Below the pieces are notes generated by a model. That model saw nothing but the letters and a program-made list of their open reading frames with translations, did not search any database and was not told where the DNA came from. Positions 17,383 through 31,162 of a stretch of DNA of 58,159 nucleotides are shown here, in pieces; positions within the stretch are counted from its first letter, which is position 1; each line of letters begins with the position of its first letter. The position numbers and the translations under genes were made by a program. The stretch is from an uncultured Bifidobacteriaceae bacterium (GTDB taxonomy: Bacteria; Acidobacteriota; Vicinamibacteria; Vicinamibacterales; UBA2999), in NCBI GenBank assembly GCA_964400405.1, contig CAYNUO010000005.1, forward strand, positions 1 to 58,159, in the 5' to 3' direction.

Positions 17383-18552
<1,170 letters not shown>

Positions 18553-18597
18553 AGTATGCAATCGTAGTCAGCGCTTCGGCGGCCGGTCAAGCGCGGC

Positions 18598-18627
18598 TTG
18601 CGCGGTTTCGACGCACAAATCTACAAT
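18598..18627 (+). promoter_or_regulatory. Candidate sigma70-type promoter for sdhCAB (TTGCGC-18 nt-TACAAT)
   Basis: Hexamers read directly from the sequence, about 50 nt upstream of the sdhC ATG at 18676. There is no experimental support. Confidence 0.3.
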
Positions 18628-18675
18628 TGGAAGGTTTGTGACGGCAGCACGGGGCTCGCCGTCTGTGGAGTCCTC

Positions 18676-19344
18676 ATGTCGTCACGTCCGTTAGCGTCGT
18701 CGGTCGGCACCAAGCTGGTCGTCGGCATCACGGGACTGTTCCTCTTCATCTACCTTCTGGTCCACATCGCGGGCAATCTCGTGGTGTTCGCCGGACCCGA
18801 CACGTTCAACCAGTACGCGGGCGCGCTCGCAGCCAACCCGCTCATCATCGTCATCGAGGTCGTGCTGCTGCTGGGCTTTCTGGCCCATGTGGTCAAGGCG
18901 GTCGGCATGACGCTGCGGAACAGGAAGGCGCGCCCGGTCGCCTATGCCGTCAAGAAGCCGGCCGGGGGCGCGAGCCGGAAGTCGTTCGCGTCATCGACGA
19001 TGATCCTGTCGGGGATCTGGCTGCTCGTCTTCGTGGTCCTCCACGTCTACGGCTTCAAGTTCGCGCCGGCGCCGATGACCGCCGATGGCCACCGCGATCT
19101 GTACGCGATGGAAATGGGCTACTTCGCGAATCCGGCCCTGGTCGCGTTCTACGTGCTGACCATGGTGGTGGTCGGCACGCACCTGTTCCACGGCATCTCG
19201 AGCGCCTTCCAGTCGCTCGGGCTCGACCACCCGGCCTGGACGCCGCGGATCCTGCTGTTCGGCAAGGTCGCGGCGTCGCTCATCGCGGCGCTCTTCATCC
19301 TCATCGCCCTCTGGGCCTACGTCACGGGAGGCGTGCAGGCATGA
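18676..19344 (+). CDS. sdhC: Succinate dehydrogenase cytochrome b subunit (b558-type, single membrane anchor)
   Basis: Five predicted TM helices with conserved His residues ('LVHIAGNL', 'FLAHVVKA', 'VLHVYGF', 'THLFHGI'). ATG at 18676 has GTGGAG 6 nt upstream. The stop overlaps the sdhA ATG (ATGA). Confidence 0.8.
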   Translation: MSSRPLASSVGTKLVVGITGLFLFIYLLVHIAGNLVVFAGPDTFNQYAGALAANPLIIVIEVVLLLGFLAHVVKAVGMTLRNRKARPVAYAVKKPAGGASRKSFASSTMILSGIWLLVFVVLHVYGFKFAPAPMTADGHRDLYAMEMGYFANPALVAFYVLTMVVVGTHLFHGISSAFQSLGLDHPAWTPRILLFGKVAASLIAALFILIALWAYVTGGVQA

Positions 19345-21254
19345 TTCTCGACTCCAAGATTCCGTCGGGTCCCGTTGGCTCGAAGTGGGACCGCGCACGG
19401 TTCGAGAACAAGCTGGTCAACCCGGCCAACCGGCGTAAATACACCATCATCGTCGTCGGCACGGGCCTGGCCGGCGCCTCGGCCGCGGCGTCCCTCGGCG
19501 AGCAGGGCTACAACGTCAAGTCGTTCTGCATCCAGGACAGCCCGCGCCGCGCGCACTCGATCGCCGCGCAGGGCGGAATCAACGCCGCGAAGAACTACCA
19601 GAACGACGGCGACAGCGTGTACCGGCTCTTCTACGACACTGTGAAGGGCGGCGACTACCGCGCGCGGGAGGCGAACGTCTACCGCCTGGCACAGGCGAGC
19701 GTGAACATCATCGACCAGTGCGTCGCCCAGGGCGTGCCGTTCGCGCGGGAGTACGGCGGCCTGCTCGACAACCGATCCTTCGGCGGATCCCAGGTCGAGC
19801 GCACGTTCTACGCGCGGGGCCAGACGGGCCAGCAGCTCCTGCTCGGCGCCTACTCCTCGATGATGCGGCAGGTGGCCGACAAGGCCGTCACGCTCTATCC
19901 CCGCCGCGAGATGCTCGACCTGGTCGTCATCGACGGCAAGGCCCGCGGCATCGTCGTGCGCAACCTCATCACCGGAGAGTTGGAGAGCCACGCCGGCGAC
20001 GCGGTGCTCCTCGCCACGGGAGGCTACGGCACCGTCTACTACCTCTCCACCAACGCGGTGAACTCCAACGTGACGGCCGCGTGGCGCGCCCACAAGCGCG
20101 GCGCCGCCTTCGCGAATCCCTGCTACACGCAGATCCACCCGACCTGCATTCCGGTCAGCGGCGAACATCAGTCGAAGCTGACGCTGATGAGCGAGAGCCT
20201 GCGCAACGACGGGCGCGTGTGGGTGCCGAAGCAGAAGGGCGACACGCGGCCGCCGGAGCAGATTCCCGAGAGCGAACGCGACTACTACCTGGAACGGAAG
20301 TACCCGAGCTTCGGCAACCTCGTCCCCCGCGACGTGGCGTCCCGCAACGCCAAACAGGCGTGTGACGACGGCCGCGGCGTCGGCGAGAGCGGCCTGGCCG
20401 TCTATCTGGACTTCGCGGACGCGATCAAGCGCGTCGGCGAGGACGTCATCCGGATGCGCTACGGGAACCTGTTCGACATGTACAACCGCATCACGGACGA
20501 GGATCCGTACAAGGTTCCGATGCGGATGTATCCGGCCATCCACTACACGATGGGCGGCCTCTGGGTGGACTACAACCTGCAGAGCACGATCCCGGGTCTG
20601 CACGTGCTCGGCGAAGCCAACTTCTCGGACCATGGCGCCAACCGGCTCGGTGCGAGCGCGCTGATGCAGGGTCTCGCCGACGGCTACTTCGTCATCCCGT
20701 ACACGCTGGCCCACTATCTCGGCAGCACGACGCTGCCGGCCGTCTCCACCGACCACGACGCCTTCAAGGAGGCCAAGGCCGCAACGCAGGAACGCATCAC
20801 CTCCCTGCTGAAGGTCAAGGGCAACCAGACGATTCGCTCCTTCCACCGCCGTCTCGGCCAGATCATGTGGGACTACGCCGGCATGGCCCGCACCGACGCG
20901 GGGCTCCGCAAGGCGCTGGAGGATATTCCGAAGCTCCGCGAGGAGTTCTGGAACACGGTGTCCGTGCCGGGCGACCCCAACAACCTGAACCAGAGCCTCG
21001 AACACGCCGGCCGCGTGGCCGACTATCTGGAGTTCGGCGAGCTGCTCTGCCGGGACGCGCTGAACCGGACGGAATCATGCGGCGGCCACTTCCGCGAGGA
21101 GAGCCAGACGCCGGACGGCGAAGCGCAGCGCGACGACGAGAACTTCTCGTATGTCGCGGCCTGGGAGTTCCAGGGGGTCGGCAAGGCGCCGACGCTCCAC
21201 AAGGAACCGCTGGTCTTCGAGGAAGTGCACCCCACGCAGAGGAGTTACAAGTAG
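19341..21254 (+). CDS. sdhA: Succinate dehydrogenase / fumarate reductase flavoprotein subunit
   Basis: FAD fold '[12 protein letters not shown]', covalent-FAD His context '[14 protein letters not shown]', and 'HYTMGG'. Confidence 0.95.
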   Translation: MILDSKIPSGPVGSKWDRARFENKLVNPANRRKYTIIVVGTGLAGASAAASLGEQGYNVKSFCIQDSPRRAHSIAAQGGINAAKNYQNDGDSVYRLFYDTVKGGDYRAREANVYRLAQASVNIIDQCVAQGVPFAREYGGLLDNRSFGGSQVERTFYARGQTGQQLLLGAYSSMMRQVADKAVTLYPRREMLDLVVIDGKARGIVVRNLITGELESHAGDAVLLATGGYGTVYYLSTNAVNSNVTAAWRAHKRGAAFANPCYTQIHPTCIPVSGEHQSKLTLMSESLRNDGRVWVPKQKGDTRPPEQIPESERDYYLERKYPSFGNLVPRDVASRNAKQACDDGRGVGESGLAVYLDFADAIKRVGEDVIRMRYGNLFDMYNRITDEDPYKVPMRMYPAIHYTMGGLWVDYNLQSTIPGLHVLGEANFSDHGANRLGASALMQGLADGYFVIPYTLAHYLGSTTLPAVSTDHDAFKEAKAATQERITSLLKVKGNQTIRSFHRRLGQIMWDYAGMARTDAGLRKALEDIPKLREEFWNTVSVPGDPNNLNQSLEHAGRVADYLEFGELLCRDALNRTESCGGHFREESQTPDGEAQRDDENFSYVAAWEFQGVGKAPTLHKEPLVFEEVHPTQRSYK

Positions 21255-22007
21255 GTGGCGACGATCAGCATCAAGCTCAAGGTCTGGCGGCAGGACGGCC
21301 CGGGCAAGCCCGGACGCCTTGTCGACTACGCGGCGGACAACGTCAGCACCGACATGTCGTTTCTCGAGATGCTCGATGTGGTCAACGAAGGCCTCATCAA
21401 GAAGGGCGAGGACGCGATCGCATTCGAGTCCGACTGCCGCGAGGGCATCTGCGGCGCGTGCGGCCTGGTGATCAACGGCGTGCCGAACGGCCCGGTCCGC
21501 GGCACGACGACGTGCCAGCTGCACATGCGCAGCTTCAAGAACGGCGATACGGTGACGATCGAGCCGTGGCGGGCCAGGGCCTTCCCTGTCGTCAAGGATC
21601 TCGTGGTCGACCGGAGCGCGTTCGACCGCATCATCGCGGCCGGCGGCTACGTCTCGTTCAATACGGGCGGCGCGCCGGACGGCAATGCCCTCCCGATCTC
21701 GAAGAACGTCTCCGAAGCCGCCATGGACATGGCGGCGTGCATCGGCTGCGGCTCATGCGTGGCGGCCTGCAAGAACGCGGCGGCGCATCTGTTCACGTCC
21801 GCCAAGATCACGCACCTGGGGCTGCTGCCGCAGGGCCAGCCGGAGCGCTATACACGCGTCGTCCGGATGGTCGACCAGATGGATGCGGAAGGCTTCGGCA
21901 ACTGCTCGAACGAGGGCGAGTGCGAGGCGGTCTGCCCGAAGGAAATCTCGATTTCAGGCATTGCCCGGATGTACCGGGACTACCACAAGGCGGCCCTCAA
22001 GGGCTGA
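21255..22007 (+). CDS. sdhB: Succinate dehydrogenase iron-sulfur subunit
   Basis: Three Cys clusters: '[10 protein letters not shown]', '[11 protein letters not shown]' and '[13 protein letters not shown]'. The GTG start directly follows the sdhA TAG. Confidence 0.93.
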   Translation: MATISIKLKVWRQDGPGKPGRLVDYAADNVSTDMSFLEMLDVVNEGLIKKGEDAIAFESDCREGICGACGLVINGVPNGPVRGTTTCQLHMRSFKNGDTVTIEPWRARAFPVVKDLVVDRSAFDRIIAAGGYVSFNTGGAPDGNALPISKNVSEAAMDMAACIGCGSCVAACKNAAAHLFTSAKITHLGLLPQGQPERYTRVVRMVDQMDAEGFGNCSNEGECEAVCPKEISISGIARMYRDYHKAALKG

Positions 22008-23529
22008 CGCCCGCGGCCGGACCCGCCGGGTCCGCGCACGCACCGACCCGGTGCACCCTCACGCGGGTGCCCGGGCCCACCTCGTCGTCGACCAGAGGCT
22101 CCAGCACGCAGACCCGGGCCAGGTCGGCGCGGTACGCACGCGCAAGCTCCGCCACTTCCTGCTCGTACGCATCCGCGGACCTCTCGACGGCCACGACGAA
22201 CATCGCCCCGGTCCGGCGCACCAGCGCCGGCATCGCGTCGGGCGTCGCGATGTCCGCCGAGAGCAGCGTGCGGCGCCCAGTCGCCGGATGAACGTACTTC
22301 TCGAGGTCGGCGGAGACCGTCACGATCGTGGCCGTGGACGGCGTCGCGTCGAGAATCCGCACGCCGATGCCGGCCTGCAGGCGGTCCCACGACGCCAGCA
22401 CGGGGTGCACGGCGATGGTCCCACCGACCACGCCGGCGACCCACAGCCGCGGCACCCACCCCACGACACTCCCGGCGCGATTGCCCCGTCGCCGCTCCCA
22501 CCACGGGCCGAGGGTTGAGGCCGAACACCAGGCCAGCAGCGGCACGAGCGGAATGAGGAACCGGCCCATCAGCAGGAACTTGCGCAGGTCCGCTGCCGGA
22601 TCCGCGCCGTAGTTGTAGAACAGAAAGAAGGCCACCGTGCCCCAGACGGCGACCTGGCACTCCTGCCAGCGCCAGCCGCGGTACCGCGGCATCCAGAGCA
22701 GGCAGCCCGGCACCAGGACAAGCAGCGAGAACAGATAGACGGGGGCCGTCCCCATCACTGCTCCCGCCGCGAAGCCGAAGCCCACGGGGTTGACCGTCAG
22801 CGGATCGTCGTACATCAGGAAGCCCGTGAGCAACCGCAGCGAGACGCCCGCCAGCACGCCCACGCCGAGGGCCGGCACGTGCCGCTCACGCCGCACGACG
22901 GCGCCGGCCGCGAACGGGCCCAGAATGAGCAGCAGCGGCTCGCGCAGCACGAGTGAGCCCCCGGTCGCCAGCCCGGCGGCAAGCCACGGCCGCCACGTCG
23001 CACCGGCCCGGCTCCCCTTCCAGAACGCGTAGAGCCCGAGCGCCACGCACGCCGCCGACGGCACGTCGCTCATCGCGAGCCGGCCCATCGCCAGCGTGGG
23101 CGGAAACCCGAGCCACAGCCACACCGGCGCCGGCGAGAACCCCGCCTCCCGCAGCCACCGCCACAGAACGGCGGCGACCAGGACCAGCGCGCCAACCGAC
23201 GCCAATGCGGCCGCGTGCCAGCCGAACAAGCCGACAAACGGCGCCTGCAGCAGCGCGGTGCCGGCGGGATACGTGGTCGGCGCCTCCCCCTGCATGCCGG
23301 CGCCCGCGAAGCCGTCGAGCACGCCGGTCGACGCCGCCCGGGCCAACGCCACCGCGCCGGACACGTAATGCGTCTCATCGGTGATCGAGAGCGCGGTCGG
23401 AAACCAGATCAGGAAGCCGGCGGTGTAGAGCGCCACCGCGGCAAGAAGCAGCGGGCCGTGGAGGCCCGCCGGAGGAGGAACCGTGGAGCCGCCCGGGGAC
23501 CCGGACGGCTCCACGACAGCCTGAGGCAC
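21997..23529 (-). CDS. Polytopic membrane protein, putative GT-C-fold glycosyltransferase (ArnT/PMT-like)
   Basis: At least 10 hydrophobic segments, a 'DETHY' motif in the first extracytoplasmic loop (resembles the DExxY of GT39/GT83 enzymes), and a soluble C-terminal domain. GTG at 23529 lies 1 nt after the mdh TAA. The function call is by resemblance only. Confidence 0.5.
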   Translation of the reverse strand: MPQAVVEPSGSPGGSTVPPPAGLHGPLLLAAVALYTAGFLIWFPTALSITDETHYVSGAVALARAASTGVLDGFAGAGMQGEAPTTYPAGTALLQAPFVGLFGWHAAALASVGALVLVAAVLWRWLREAGFSPAPVWLWLGFPPTLAMGRLAMSDVPSAACVALGLYAFWKGSRAGATWRPWLAAGLATGGSLVLREPLLLILGPFAAGAVVRRERHVPALGVGVLAGVSLRLLTGFLMYDDPLTVNPVGFGFAAGAVMGTAPVYLFSLLVLVPGCLLWMPRYRGWRWQECQVAVWGTVAFFLFYNYGADPAADLRKFLLMGRFLIPLVPLLAWCSASTLGPWWERRRGNRAGSVVGWVPRLWVAGVVGGTIAVHPVLASWDRLQAGIGVRILDATPSTATIVTVSADLEKYVHPATGRRTLLSADIATPDAMPALVRRTGAMFVVAVERSADAYEQEVAELARAYRADLARVCVLEPLVDDEVGPGTRVRVHRVGACADPAGPAAGVSP

Positions 23530-23530
23530 G

Positions 23531-24457
23531 TTACATGCCGATGACGTCGACGAGCTCGCGCACGGCGCCGGCCGACTTCTGGAGCGCCGCATTCTCCTCG
23601 GCCGTCAGCGTGATCTCGATGATCTGCTCGACGCCGCGCGCGCCCACCTTCACGGGCACGCCCACGAAGAGGTCCTTGATGCCGTACTCGCCGGTCAGAT
23701 AGACCGAGCACGGCAGGATCTGCTTCTTGTCCTTCAACACCGCCTCGACCATCTGGGCCGCGGCCGTGCCGGGCGCGTACCACGCGCTCGTGCCGACCAG
23801 TTTCGTAATCTCCGCGCCGCCGTTCGCCGTGCGTGTGCAGATCGCGTCGATCTTTTCCTTCGACAGCAATTCCGTAATCGGAATGCCGGCGCAGGTCGAA
23901 TAGCGCGGCAGGGGCACCATCGTGTCGCCGTGGCCGCCGAGCACGAACGAGTGGATGTTCTGCACGGACACGCCCAGTTCCATCGCCACGAACGTGCTCA
24001 TCCGCGCCGAGTCGAGCACGCCGGCCATTCCGAGGATGCGCTCCTTCGGGAACTTCGTCAGCTTGAACAGCGCCTGCGACATGGCATCCAGCGGGTTCGC
24101 CACCGGAATGATGATCGCGTTCGGCGTGTACTTCACGAGGTTCGGCGCGATGCTCTTCATGATCTCGAAGTTGTCCTTCACGAGATCGTCGCGGCTCATG
24201 CCCGGCTTGCGCGGCTTGCCGGACGTGATGACGACCACGTCCGAGCCTTCCGCCGCGCTCCAGTCCGCGCCGCCGATGACACGGGCGTCGGAGCCGAGGA
24301 TCGGCTGCGACTGGTACATGTCGAGCGCCACGCCGGCCGCCTTCTGATCCGCGATGTCGATGATCACGACATCCGCGAGCTCTTTTTCCGCGACCGACCG
24401 CGCCACCGTGGCACCGACATTGCCGGCGCCGCCAACTACTGTCACTTTGCGATTCAT
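23531..24457 (-). CDS. mdh: Malate dehydrogenase (LDH-like family)
   Basis: Rossmann motif '[15 protein letters not shown]', catalytic '[10 protein letters not shown]', 308 aa. Confidence 0.95.
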   Translation of the reverse strand: MNRKVTVVGGAGNVGATVARSVAEKELADVVIIDIADQKAAGVALDMYQSQPILGSDARVIGGADWSAAEGSDVVVITSGKPRKPGMSRDDLVKDNFEIMKSIAPNLVKYTPNAIIIPVANPLDAMSQALFKLTKFPKERILGMAGVLDSARMSTFVAMELGVSVQNIHSFVLGGHGDTMVPLPRYSTCAGIPITELLSKEKIDAICTRTANGGAEITKLVGTSAWYAPGTAAAQMVEAVLKDKKQILPCSVYLTGEYGIKDLFVGVPVKVGARGVEQIIEITLTAEENAALQKSAGAVRELVDVIGM

Positions 24458-24677
24458 GCCGTTCTTTCCCTTAGGGGACTCGCCCCGCCGTCAGACACAC
24501 TGCGTTCACAGTTTCTGTGGAAAAGCCTGTTGAAATGACCCGGACCGTGCAGGAAATTCCTCGCGAAGTCGAACCTTTTAGCGGTTTGCACCATGATGGT
24601 GCGACAGCGAGGAGCCGCAGAAAGTTTATACTGAATCGTCGTTAACCCATCACGTCTGAGATCCTGATTCCCTGACA

Positions 24678-26252
24678 ATGAAAATCGTTATTGCTGATGA
24701 TCTTCCGGCATCCGCCGCGGAGCTGCTGCGCGCGGAAGGCTGGACCGTAGATGCCACTCCAGGTCGCCCCGTCGAACAACTGAAGGCCGACCTCGCCGAT
24801 GCGGACGCCATCATGGTTCGCAGCGCCACGAAGGTCACCGCCGAGCTCATCGAGGCGGCGCCGAAGCTCCGCGTCATCGCCCGCGCGGGCACGGGCGTCG
24901 ACAACGTCGACGTCAAAGCCGCCAGCGCGCGCGGCATCGTCGTCATGAACGCGCCCGGTGCGAACAGCATCAGCGTCGCGGAGCTTGCCGTGGGCCAGAT
25001 TCTGTCCCTCGCCCGCCACATCCCCCGTGCCGACGCCACGATGAAGCAGGGCAAGTGGGACAAGAAGTCGTTCATGGGCGAGGAGATCCGGGACAAGGTC
25101 CTCGGTCTCGCCGGCCTCGGCCGCATCGGCCAGGAAGTCGCCCGCCGCGTCGCGCCGTTCGGCATGCGCGTGATCGCGCACGACCCCTTCATCTCCGCGC
25201 AGGTGGCGCAGGACCTCGGCGTCGAGCTGGTCTCGCTCGAGGACCTCTTCGCCAGGGCCGACTACATCTCGCTCCACATGCCGTCGACCGCCCAGACCAA
25301 GGGCATGGTGAACGCGGCGCTGCTGGCCAAGGCGAAGAAGGGCATCCGCATCGTCAACACCGCCCGCGGCGACCTGATCGACGAGGGTGCGCTGGCCGAC
25401 GCGATCGAGGCCGGTCATGTGGCCGGCGCCGCGCTCGACGTCTTCCAGAAGGAGCCGACCGTCGATCAGCGGCTGCAGAACCTGCCGCAGGTCGTCGCGT
25501 CTCCGCACATCGCGGCGTCGACGCGTGAGGCGCAGGAACTGGCCGGCAGCGAAACCACGATCGCGCTCCGCGACTGCCTCCGCGACGGCATCATCCGCAA
25601 CGCCGTCAACTTCGCGTCCGTCTCGCCCGAGGAGTACGGGCGGATGTCGCCGTTCATCTCGCTGGCTGAGCGCCTCGGGTCCGTGCTCGCCCAGCTGACG
25701 ACCGACCGGATCGAGTCCGTGGCCGTCCGCTACTACGGCGAGGCCCTCGGCAAGACGGATCTGATCGTCAGCGCCGTGCTGGTCGGCCTGTTCAAGCAGA
25801 TCCTGTCGGGCGGCGTCAGCGCGGTCAACGCGAAGGCGATCGCGCAGGAACGCGGCATCGAAGTGGTCGAGTCGCAGAGCACCCGTGCCCGCGACTACAC
25901 GCGCCTGCTGTCGGTGAAGGTGAAGACGAGCGCCGGCGAGCACTGGGTCGAAGGCGCGGTGTTCGACAAGGCCGCCCCGCGGCTGGTCCTGGTCGACGGT
26001 GTGCCGGTCGAGGCCGTGCTCGAGGGTTCGCTCATCGTGCTGTCCAACACGGATCAGCCCGGTGTCATCGGCGAGGTGGGCACCGTCCTCGGCAGGAAGG
26101 GCATCAACATCGGCACCTTCGCGCTGGGACGCGACGGCAAGCAGGCCGTTGGCGTGGTAAGCGTCGACGAGACGAAGCCCGTCGAGGAATCGGTAATGGC
26201 GGAACTGCGGGCGCTGCCGGCAGTGAAGACTGCCCGGCTCGTCAGGGTCTGA
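24678..26252 (+). CDS. serA: D-3-phosphoglycerate dehydrogenase (long form with ACT domain)
   Basis: NAD-binding motif 'GLAGLGRIGQEVARR', 'SPHIAAST', an ASB region and a C-terminal ACT domain ('LIVLSNTDQPGVIGEVGTVLG'). Confidence 0.93.
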   Translation: MKIVIADDLPASAAELLRAEGWTVDATPGRPVEQLKADLADADAIMVRSATKVTAELIEAAPKLRVIARAGTGVDNVDVKAASARGIVVMNAPGANSISVAELAVGQILSLARHIPRADATMKQGKWDKKSFMGEEIRDKVLGLAGLGRIGQEVARRVAPFGMRVIAHDPFISAQVAQDLGVELVSLEDLFARADYISLHMPSTAQTKGMVNAALLAKAKKGIRIVNTARGDLIDEGALADAIEAGHVAGAALDVFQKEPTVDQRLQNLPQVVASPHIAASTREAQELAGSETTIALRDCLRDGIIRNAVNFASVSPEEYGRMSPFISLAERLGSVLAQLTTDRIESVAVRYYGEALGKTDLIVSAVLVGLFKQILSGGVSAVNAKAIAQERGIEVVESQSTRARDYTRLLSVKVKTSAGEHWVEGAVFDKAAPRLVLVDGVPVEAVLEGSLIVLSNTDQPGVIGEVGTVLGRKGINIGTFALGRDGKQAVGVVSVDETKPVEESVMAELRALPAVKTARLVRV

Positions 26253-26820
26253 ACGTCAGGCGGACGGTGGTGCCGGTGTCGGCGCGGATGAGTTCGACCG
26301 CGTCGGCATCGACCGCCGTCACCTCGAACTTCCCTTCCACCTTCTCCCCCGCCTTCACCAGCCAGAGTTCACCGCTTCCGGTGACGACCGCGGTACGGAC
26401 GACCACGTCACCCTGACGGTCCTCGGCGATCCCCGACAACGCGAACGGCGGAGGCAGGACCGGCGGCGGCGTCACCGCGGCTGCCGGCGCGACGGAAACG
26501 GGAACCGGTGCGGGTGCGGGCGGCGCCGACGCACGCACGAACCTGAACGGATCGCGCTCCGGCTCGGCGAATGTCTCGACGCCGGCCAACCGGCGGCCCA
26601 GCCGCTCGGCCTCGTCGTTGAGCTCCTGCATCTGTACGACGACGGCCTGCGTGGCCGCGGCGTCGAACCGGGCCGGCGGCGCCAGCCGGCTTTCGCCGGG
26701 CGCAACGACGGTCGGCGCGGACGCAAGCCAGGTGGCCAGCGCGGTCGTGCCGGACCAGACGAGCGTGCCCTTCCAGGTCGCCGGGAACATCGTGGTCATC
26801 ATACAGCGCCGTGGATCCAC
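26242..26820 (-). CDS. Hypothetical single-pass/secreted protein with Pro/Ala linker and PilP/GspC-like C-terminal beta domain
   Basis: One N-terminal hydrophobic segment, a coiled 'QMQELNDEAERLGRRL' stretch, a Pro/Ala-rich linker, then 'FALSGIAEDRQGDVVVRTAVVTGSGELWLVKAGEKVEGKFEVTAVDADAVELI'. That last pattern matches PilP at 43679-44146. The start is uncertain (ATGs at 26820, 26802, 26799 and 26790). The 3' end overlaps the serA end by 11 nt. Confidence 0.45.
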   Translation of the reverse strand: MDPRRCMMTTMFPATWKGTLVWSGTTALATWLASAPTVVAPGESRLAPPARFDAAATQAVVVQMQELNDEAERLGRRLAGVETFAEPERDPFRFVRASAPPAPAPVPVSVAPAAAVTPPPVLPPPFALSGIAEDRQGDVVVRTAVVTGSGELWLVKAGEKVEGKFEVTAVDADAVELIRADTGTTVRLTFRP

Positions 26821-26832
26821 GCGCGATGGGCC

Positions 26833-29261
<2,429 letters not shown>

Positions 29262-29291
29262 CACCTTCCGCCGGAAGCCGCGAGGTTTCCG

Positions 29292-30167
29292 GTGGTACGG
29301 CCCACCAATGAGATGGCTTCTATAATGGCGGCCGTGCAGCGCGTTTCCGCGGGACCGGTCACATTCGGCGACGGGTCCCTTCCCTTCATCCTGGGCCCGT
29401 GCGTCATCGAGAGCCGTGAGCACGCCATCGAGATGGCGCTCGCGATTCGCGAGATCGCGGCCCGCGCCGGCGTGGCCGCCGTCTTCAAGGCGTCCTTTGA
29501 CAAGGCCAACCGGACTTCCGTGACGTCGTTCCGCGGCCCCGGTCTGCGCGACGGCCTCAGCGTCCTCGCCGACGTCCGGCAGCGCAGCGGACTCCCGGTG
29601 CTCACCGATATCCACGAGGCCGCGCAGGCCGCTCCGGTGGCGGAGGTCGTGGACATCCTGCAGATTCCGGCGTTCCTGTGCCGCCAGACAGACCTGCTCG
29701 TCGCGGCGGCCGCGACCGGCCGGATGGTCAACATCAAGAAGGGTCAGTTTCTCGCGCCGAACGACATGCGGCATGCGATCGCCAAAGTCACCTCCACAGG
29801 CAACCGGTCCGTGACGCTGACCGAGCGGGGGTCGACCTTCGGCTACAACAACCTCGTGGTCGACATGCGGGCGTTTCCGATGATGCGCGCGCTCGGCTAC
29901 CCGGTGATCTTCGACGTCACCCACAGCCTCCAGCTCCCCGGCGCCGGTGACGGCGTGACCATCGGCCTCGCCGAGCACATCGAACCGCTGGCCTCCGCCG
30001 GCGTGGCGGCGGGTGTCGACGGTGTGTTCATGGAGGTCCACGACGACCCCCGGCGCGCCAGGAGCGACGCGGCCAACGCACTCCGTCTCGATCGTCTCGA
30101 ACCGCTGCTGGCCCGGCTGCTCGCGCTGCACCGCGTACCCGCATGTCCGCCTGAGGTCAGCCGGTGA
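29292..30167 (+). CDS. kdsA: 2-dehydro-3-deoxyphosphooctonate aldolase (Kdo-8-P synthase)
   Basis: 'FKASFDKANRTS' and 'FDVTHSLQLPG'. GTG at 29292 has GAGG 7 nt upstream. In-frame ATGs at 29313 and 29325 are alternatives. Confidence 0.92.
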   Translation: MVRPTNEMASIMAAVQRVSAGPVTFGDGSLPFILGPCVIESREHAIEMALAIREIAARAGVAAVFKASFDKANRTSVTSFRGPGLRDGLSVLADVRQRSGLPVLTDIHEAAQAAPVAEVVDILQIPAFLCRQTDLLVAAAATGRMVNIKKGQFLAPNDMRHAIAKVTSTGNRSVTLTERGSTFGYNNLVVDMRAFPMMRALGYPVIFDVTHSLQLPGAGDGVTIGLAEHIEPLASAGVAAGVDGVFMEVHDDPRRARSDAANALRLDRLEPLLARLLALHRVPACPPEVSR

Positions 30168-31147
30168 CGCCTCCTGCGGAAACGCAGCCCGGTGGGCGTG
30201 ACCTCGCGAAGAGCGTGCTCGAAACGGAGGCGGCCGCCATCCGCGCGCTGGTCGACCGCATCGGGCCGTCGTTCGACGACGCCGTGCGAATCGTCGCCGG
30301 CTGCCGGGGCCGTGTCATCGTCACCGGCATGGGCAAGTCCGGCATCATCAGCCGGAAGCTCGCCGCGACGTTGACCGGCACGGGAACCGCCGCGTTCTTT
30401 CTGCACCCGGCCGAAGCGATCCACGGCGACCTCGGCGCCATCCAGACCGACGACGTCGTGATCGCGCTGTCGCATAGCGGCGAGACGGACGAGATTCTCC
30501 GGCTGCTGCAGACCATCAAGCGCCTCGGCGCCTCCCTCATCGCGCTGACGGGCGCGCCCGGCTCGACGCTGGGCCGGGCCGCCGACGCGGTGCTGGACTG
30601 CGGCGTGTCCGCCGAAGCGTGTCCGCTCGGCCTCGCACCGACGGCGAGCACGACGGCCGCGCTCGCGATGGGAGACGCCCTCGCGATGACCGTGCTGCAG
30701 GCGAAGGGCTTCCGCGTGGAGGACTTCGCGTCCCTGCACCCGGGTGGCAAGCTCGGCAAGCAGTTCATGCGCGTCGGGGACCTGATGCACACGGGCGACG
30801 CCCTCCCGTCGGTCACCCTGGACACACCGGTGCCTGACGTGATCTACGAGATCTCCCGGAAGAGCCTCGGCATGACGTGCGTGGTGGATGCTGCCGGGCT
30901 GCTGGCAGGCGTCATCACCGATGGTGACCTGCGGCGCCACATGATCGGCACGGCGGACCTGCTGACCCGCGGCGCGAAGGACATCATGACGGCACGGCCC
31001 GTGGTCCTGAAGCCGGACGTGCTCGCGGCCGAGGCGCTGCACGTACTCGAGCGCCGCAAGATCACGTCCGTCGTCGTCGTTGACGGAGCCGGGCGTCCCG
31101 AGGGCGTGCTGCATCTGCACAGCCTCTGGGGCACGGAACTCATCTAG
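30164..31147 (+). CDS. kdsD: Arabinose-5-phosphate isomerase (SIS + tandem CBS)
   Basis: SIS motif 'VIVTGMGKSGIISRKLAATL' plus a C-terminal CBS pair. The GTG start overlaps the kdsA TGA (GTGA). Confidence 0.9.
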   Translation: MTPPAETQPGGRDLAKSVLETEAAAIRALVDRIGPSFDDAVRIVAGCRGRVIVTGMGKSGIISRKLAATLTGTGTAAFFLHPAEAIHGDLGAIQTDDVVIALSHSGETDEILRLLQTIKRLGASLIALTGAPGSTLGRAADAVLDCGVSAEACPLGLAPTASTTAALAMGDALAMTVLQAKGFRVEDFASLHPGGKLGKQFMRVGDLMHTGDALPSVTLDTPVPDVIYEISRKSLGMTCVVDAAGLLAGVITDGDLRRHMIGTADLLTRGAKDIMTARPVVLKPDVLAAEALHVLERRKITSVVVVDGAGRPEGVLHLHSLWGTELI

Positions 31148-31162
31148 CCCGCGGGACACGTC

